Source: Gracilinanus agilis (taxonomy: Eukaryota). Taken from it: DNA of 64,000 bases. Positions 59,013 to 64,000 of the stretch are shown here, piece after piece. Numbering within the stretch: the first letter of the stretch is position 1; the number at the start of each line of letters is the position of its first letter. Location of the stretch: positions 569,026,446 through 569,090,445 of the forward strand of contig NC_058131.1 of the NCBI RefSeq assembly GCF_016433145.1, read 5' to 3'. The notes below the pieces were generated by a model that searched no databases, had not been told where the DNA came from, and saw nothing but the letters and a program-made list of their open reading frames with translations. Made by a program: the position numbers and the translations under genes.

Positions 59013-59205
59013 GGGGGCAGCTAGGTAGCTCAGTGGAGTGAGAGTCAGGCCTAGAGACAGGAGGTCCTAGGTTCAAACCTGGCCTCAGCCACTTCCCAGC
59101 TGTGTGACCCTGGGCAAGTCACTTGACCCCCATTGCCCACCCTTACCAATCTTCCACCTATGAGACAATACACCGAAGTACAAGGGTTTAAAAAAAAATC
59201 TAAAA
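59013..59205 (+). mobile_element. Young SINE1_Mdo-type SINE with 14-bp TSD
   Basis: Tail ccacctatgagacaatacaccgaagtacaagggttta; TSD aaaaatgcatttca at 58999-59012 and 59206-59219. Confidence 0.92.
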
Positions 59206-59734
59206 AAAAATGCATTTCATAGTTTTGAATTCAGTATAACACTTTGACCTCTGTTTTGTCTTGCCTCTAATCTTGGTCTCCAATCCCTTTCCTTGTACTT
59301 ACTGCAAACAGCTGTTAACTACCAAATGGCTGGATCTGGACTTTACTAAAACACCAATAACCAAACCCCATGTCTGGCTGTCACTGGCCTTGGATCCTTG
59401 ACTTCCTATCCAATGGTAGTGGTAGGAATTCAAGTATCCTAAGAACTGCTGAGTCTGCTGGTGGACAAAGTCTCTGACCTAAAGAACGTCTAGTCTTCTG
59501 GGTTTCAAATCTTTTCCCAGTGCAGTGGGAGGGCAGAAGGAAATTAGTGGACAGCTCTGGTATCCTAGCCTCCAGGTGTATGGGAGGGGAGGAAATGTAA
59601 ATATAAATTGTATATAAATTGTGTCGGCAACTGGAGATCTACAGTCATGGAACGAGGGGAGCATGACACAGACAGAATGACCACAAAAGAGTCAGGATAG
59701 AAACCAACAGCCATTCAAGATTCCATAGAATTCA

Positions 59735-59950
59735 GAGAAGGGGTGTGCCGGTAAATGTTTAATAACCAACTCTCAAAAAGAAAAACATACACACAACACA
59801 CTTTTAAATTTAATCTGGATTATTAATATTTTCATCACCTCTTTGTTAAGTCTAGACAATAAAACCCTAATTTGTAGCATTCACTGATTTCTAATGAATA
59901 ACCACTCACACTGAAATTTTAACAATCAACTGGCTGGTTTGAGCTCACCC
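59735..59950. mobile_element. Old hAT-type MITE
   Basis: ggggtgtgccggtaaatgtttaataacc...ctgaaattttaacaatcaac; same family as 53275. Confidence 0.55.
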
Positions 59951-60446
59951 CAACAAAAATCTGACTCAGGGTTATATCAAGGGAAAATATACTCAACTCA
60001 CTGTGGCCTCTTTTTGATAGCTGGTTGGAGTATGCTAATCTCACATACTCCATCCTCTTTCTGCCTGGCCCCCTGGCCTCTTGAGATCTGGGCCCACTGC
60101 CCCAGCCTTCAGGAGCTTCTGGTCTTATGGGAAGATAAGAGTATTCAGCCTAATAGCTTTCAGTCTACTGGGGAGACTAAGCCCTTACCCTCAGGGACCT
60201 TTGGTCTTATGGGTAAGGCAGAAAACACACCATGTGAATATTCTCTAAAAATCAGGTTATGCACCCAAATATGAAAGTAGATCTCAAAAGGCACAGATGA
60301 AAAGCCCACTTGGAACCATCAGAACACAGCTGACTTTGTATGATTTTGGTAAAATTCTTCCATTAAGCTCTTCTTCCAATTGCTAGTGATTTCATAACCA
60401 GCATAATGACAATAAGACAACAATAACTAATATTTATATAGTACTT

Positions 60447-60702
60447 TGGGCAGCTAGGTAGCACAGGGGATAGAATGTCAGGCCTAGAGTCAGGAAGACT
60501 CATCTTCTTGAGTTTAAATCTGGGCTCAGACATTTACTAGTTGTGAGACCTGGGGCAAGTCATTTAACCCTGTTTTGCCTCAATTCCTCATCTGTAAAAT
60601 AAGCTGGAAAAGGAAATGACAATCCATTCCAGTATCTCTGCCAAGAAAACCTCAAATGAAGTCATGAAGAGTTGGGCAGAACTGAAAATGACTCAACAAC
60701 AT
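60447..60702 (+). mobile_element. Mar1-type SINE
   Basis: gggcagctaggtagcacag head; aaggaaatgacaatcc..tatctctgccaagaaaacc tail. Confidence 0.8.
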
Positions 60703-60780
60703 ATAGTACTTAAAGATTTGCAAAGCACTTTACAAATATCATTTTGTTTTTAATCTTCATAATGTGTCATTTGAAATAGT

Positions 60781-61247
60781 TGTACGCCCTGGAAGACTAT
60801 GTCTCCCAGGACTCTCTCTGTTACAATTTACCCTGACACCTCCCACTTCCTTTGTGGGAGGTGTCGGAGAAAGTATAAAAGGGAAACTTTGGCACCTTTT
60901 CTCTCTCGACCCTGAGCTCTGCTCTCACTCTACCCAGGAGGGTCTGCTCTCCACCCTGGAAGCATATCTCTCTACCCTGAGACCCTGATCTCTCTCTTGG
61001 CGCCTTTTTCCCTTTCTTCCTACCTCCTAGTTTTCCCTAGACCTTTCCCTTTCTAATTAAAATAAAACCTAGCTATTCAAACCCTAAAGTTGCTCTCTGA
61101 TCATTCATTTGAGGGCTCTGGTCAGTTTTCCTGCTGGGGCTGGGACCACTACCTTCCTTTCCCTTTTTCTATCTTCCTCTCTCCTTTCTCCCATCCTACC
61201 ATCCTACCTTCCTCCCTTCACTTTCACCCACACATTTTATGGCGACC
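60781..61247 (+). mobile_element. LTR (about 467 bp), sense to ITGA11, inserted in a MIR-type element
   Basis: Starts TGT; TATAAAA 60874-60880; AATAAA 61061-61066; ends TGGCGACC; flanks tagt / taga; the MIR sequence rejoins across it. Confidence 0.7.
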
Positions 61248-62031
61248 TAGATGTTAATGTCACTCCAGTTTTACAGATGAAGAAACTAAATCAGAAAGTG
61301 GCTAAGTGTCCCATGATTTGAACTTGAGTCTTCCTGATTCCATATCTGGCACTCTATCCATTGCACCACAGCATGCTTTCTCTTTTCTTCCCAGCTCCTA
61401 ACCCCAGGCTTCATCCCAGCCAGATAGATTGTGTGGGTCTTCACAGAATGGGAGATTACAAAGAGGCAGCAGAGAAGAGGAAGGAAAAGAGGTGTGGGAA
61501 GCTGGAAAATCAGAACATTGAGAGGCTGGACCTCCGCAGATATTTTAATTGATAATGAGACCTTCCTGTGCCATTTTGAGAACCATAAATTGCCAGGGCT
61601 TGCCATCTCATTCAATCTCCTCACTCTACAGAGGAGGAAACTAAGGCAAAAAGTGAAGAAGTCACTTGCCTACACTGCTAGTCAGTGACAGAGCCAGGAC
61701 TGGAACCCAGACCTCAATTCCCTGGTCAGTCATCTTTCTTCTGAGGTAACTAGATGGAGCAGTGAATAGAGTACTGAGCTTGGAGTCTGGAAGATATGAG
61801 ATCCCACCTCAGATATTTACTAGCTGTATGAACCTGAGCAAGTCACAACCTCTATCTGCCTCGGTTTCCTCAGTTATAAAATGGAAATAGTACTCACTTC
61901 AGAGAATTTCTATGAGGATAAATGAAATATTTGTAAAATGCCTGGTTCATATTAGGTTCTTAACACATTCTTATTCCCTTCCTTCCTGCTGTACCATATG
62001 TACTAGATGCTTAACAAGCCATTGCTTCTTT

Positions 62032-62237
62032 TTTTTCTTAAACCCCTACCTTTCATCTTCAAATCAATACTGTGTATCAGTTCCAAGGCAGAAGAGTGGT
62101 AAGGGGTAGACAATGAAGGTTAAGTGACTTGCCCAGGGTCACACATCTAGGAAATGCCTGAGGCCAGAATTGAACCCAAGACCTCCCATCTTTAGGCCTG
62201 GTTGGTTCTCAATTCACTGAGCCACCTAGCTACTCCT
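62032..62237 (-). mobile_element. SINE1-type SINE with 16-bp TSD
   Basis: TSD aagccattgcttcttt at 62016-62031 / aagccactgcttcttt at 62238-62253. Confidence 0.9.
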
Positions 62238-63064
62238 AAGCCACTGCTTCTTTAGGACAACCCAAGAGTTTATCATCAGCAGATGTCAGCTTTGATACCA
62301 TCTGCCAAAAATTTGACAAACTCTTGGATTGATCAACCAGGAGGGAAATGGACTCACATTTCTAATGAACTCTCCTTTGACAAATCCCACCCTTCTTTGC
62401 CCTGCCCCAGGCAAATCGCCATTCCAAGAGGGATCTAGCTAACAAAACCCCTAAACTTCATCTTGGCCCAAAATGTTATCATCCTTCCCCAGTAAGCACA
62501 GAAATGTTTAGAAAGAGCAAGCAAGGAAATGGGTTCATTTCCCCTCTAATTTTTCACAATTGAAGATGAAAAGTGATTATAAACATTACACAAGCCAAAT
62601 GAGGAGGAACAAGGAGGCAGGAGAATCTTCCTTGGACATAAGGATCTGGTCAGTTCCAAGCAGGTCCCGTCTCCATTTTTTCTGAATTTTTGTTCTTGTC
62701 AATCCACCTTCTCTTTCTCAAGCCATCTCCTTGCATGCATCACATTTTATATCTCTCTATGTGTCTCCCTTGGCAATCTCCTACATCCTTGAGGATGATC
62801 CTGACCCAGGCCAAAATAGAATTAAGCAAGCTGCCTCTCCAGTACCCCAGAGGTCACAAGCTTCCCTTGCCCTTAGATTTCTATATTCTCCATCCTGACT
62901 TCCAACCAGTTATACTGGACAGAATGGCTCTCATCCCAGGGACCATTTGGAGGACCATTTCAGGATTCGGCCCAGGATGGGAAAAGAATAGAAGACTAAA
63001 ATCAGGGTCTGATTCTTTTCTCCTCAACTATACCCCCACCCCACCCCACCCCCATATACCACAG

Positions 63065-63163
63065 GATGACTCAGATGGCAGCATTGAGTGCATAAACGAG
63101 GAGAGAAGGATCAACAAGAAAGTCTGCAATGTCAGCTACCCATTTTTCAAAGCAAAAGCCAAG
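63065..63163 (+). CDS. ITGA11: Integrin alpha-11 exon 21 (99 bp)
   Basis: ccacag|GAT...AAG|gtaaaa; DDSDGSIECINEERRINKKVCNVSYPFFKAKAK. Confidence 0.95.
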
Positions 63164-64000
63164 GTAAAAAACTTGGGGGGAAGGGGAGAAAGATGGTGGG
63201 GATTTGGCTGGGAGAGTGGACAGTCAAAGACATTCGTAAAGAGGAGGTGCTTTTAAAGCTTTTAAATATTTTTCTTATCATTAGATCATGTAAGGACATT
63301 TCAGATGACCAGAGGATCTTAGGAGATGTCCTCCTAAGAACTTGCCTCCCAGCCAGTCAGTTCAAAGGCACCTACTGTGTGCTAGGAATTGTGCAAATCA
63401 CTGGAATACTAAAGAAGTCAGAAGACAGTCCTTGTCCCTAATGGGGGCGGGGGAGGAGGGTAGAGGGCAGCTATGTAGAAGAAGAGGAAAAAGAGACATG
63501 AAAATGATTATGTACAAACAAGATACATACAGGATAAATTGGAAATATTCAACAGAAAAAAAGGCTAGTCCCATCCTTGGGAAGGCCAGGACATGGAACA
63601 GAGAGGTCTTATGTTCAGACCACTGCTACTCTGTCCCTCCCCACAAATGGCAACAGAACAATCTCCCCCTTACCACAAGCCTCCTCATCCTTTGAGAGAA
63701 ACCCTCTTTTTATCCCTACCTCCAATTCCCCCAGGATGAGTCCTTTCTTTCTTGGCCTAAAAGAAATATACTTACTTTTCCAATCTCTGGTCTTCTTGAC
63801 ATTGTTCTATAAAAGCAGCAAGACTTGAGGATAAATCAGCCAAATTCCAGAAGGCCAATAAACTCCATAGTATGAAATCTATTATTCTTAAATCATCCCC
63901 TGTCTCCCAATCCCCTTGCTAAACTTCACCCTTCCTAAGCTCTTACACTTGTCCATGGAAGGAAGCCCCTCAGGGAGGCTCATTAGCACTTTTAGGCCCC

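Larger units (their letters stand above)
219..63163 (+). other. ITGA11: Integrin alpha-11 gene body (partial; coding exons 4-21 and introns; 5' and 3' ends outside window)
   Basis: 18 GT-AG exons sum to 2450 nt and splice into one open frame. The peptides match integrin alpha-11 as recalled ([43 protein letters not shown] repeats, DLNQDSYND and DLNEDGLID Ca-binding loops). Confidence 0.97.

Noticed and set aside
2440-62237. tRNA-like A/B boxes (gctcagtgg...ggttcaaat) recurring through the window, possible tRNA genes or a repeat array
   Set aside because: They are tRNA-derived SINE heads followed by CORE and tails, with no cloverleaf; spacing is irregular, so not a CRISPR-like array.
62690-63256. 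188-aa ORF containing exon 21
   Set aside because: Non-ATG start, a good acceptor at 63064 and donor at 63164 explain the real coding part; the flanks show no protein similarity I can recognise.

Overview
Vertebrate genomic DNA from a marsupial, most likely a didelphid opossum such as Monodelphis domestica. The species call rests on the SINE1_Mdo-type and Mar1-type SINE content, recognised from memory and not by database search. The window holds the internal part of the integrin alpha-11 gene (ITGA11) on the + strand: 18 coding exons, numbered 4-21 by analogy to the human gene. All have GT-AG boundaries and compatible phases, and they join into an uninterrupted 2450-nt frame covering the beta-propeller repeats, the complete collagen-binding alpha-I domain (MIDAS DGSNS...T...D), thigh and part of calf-1. 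The start and stop codons lie outside the window. Introns are dense in marsupial SINEs, MIR/L2, L1 and RTE fragments and hAT/mariner MITEs, and carry two LTRs and two N gaps. I found no prokaryote-style system, RNA gene or second protein-coding gene. The most notable oddities are a promoter-like CpG island centred on exon 7, a 48-bp internal L1 RT fragment with a perfect 15-bp target duplication, a sense-oriented LTR with two stem-loops, a young-looking hAT MITE and a 72-nt intronic hairpin. Repeat boundaries are approximate unless a TSD is quoted.
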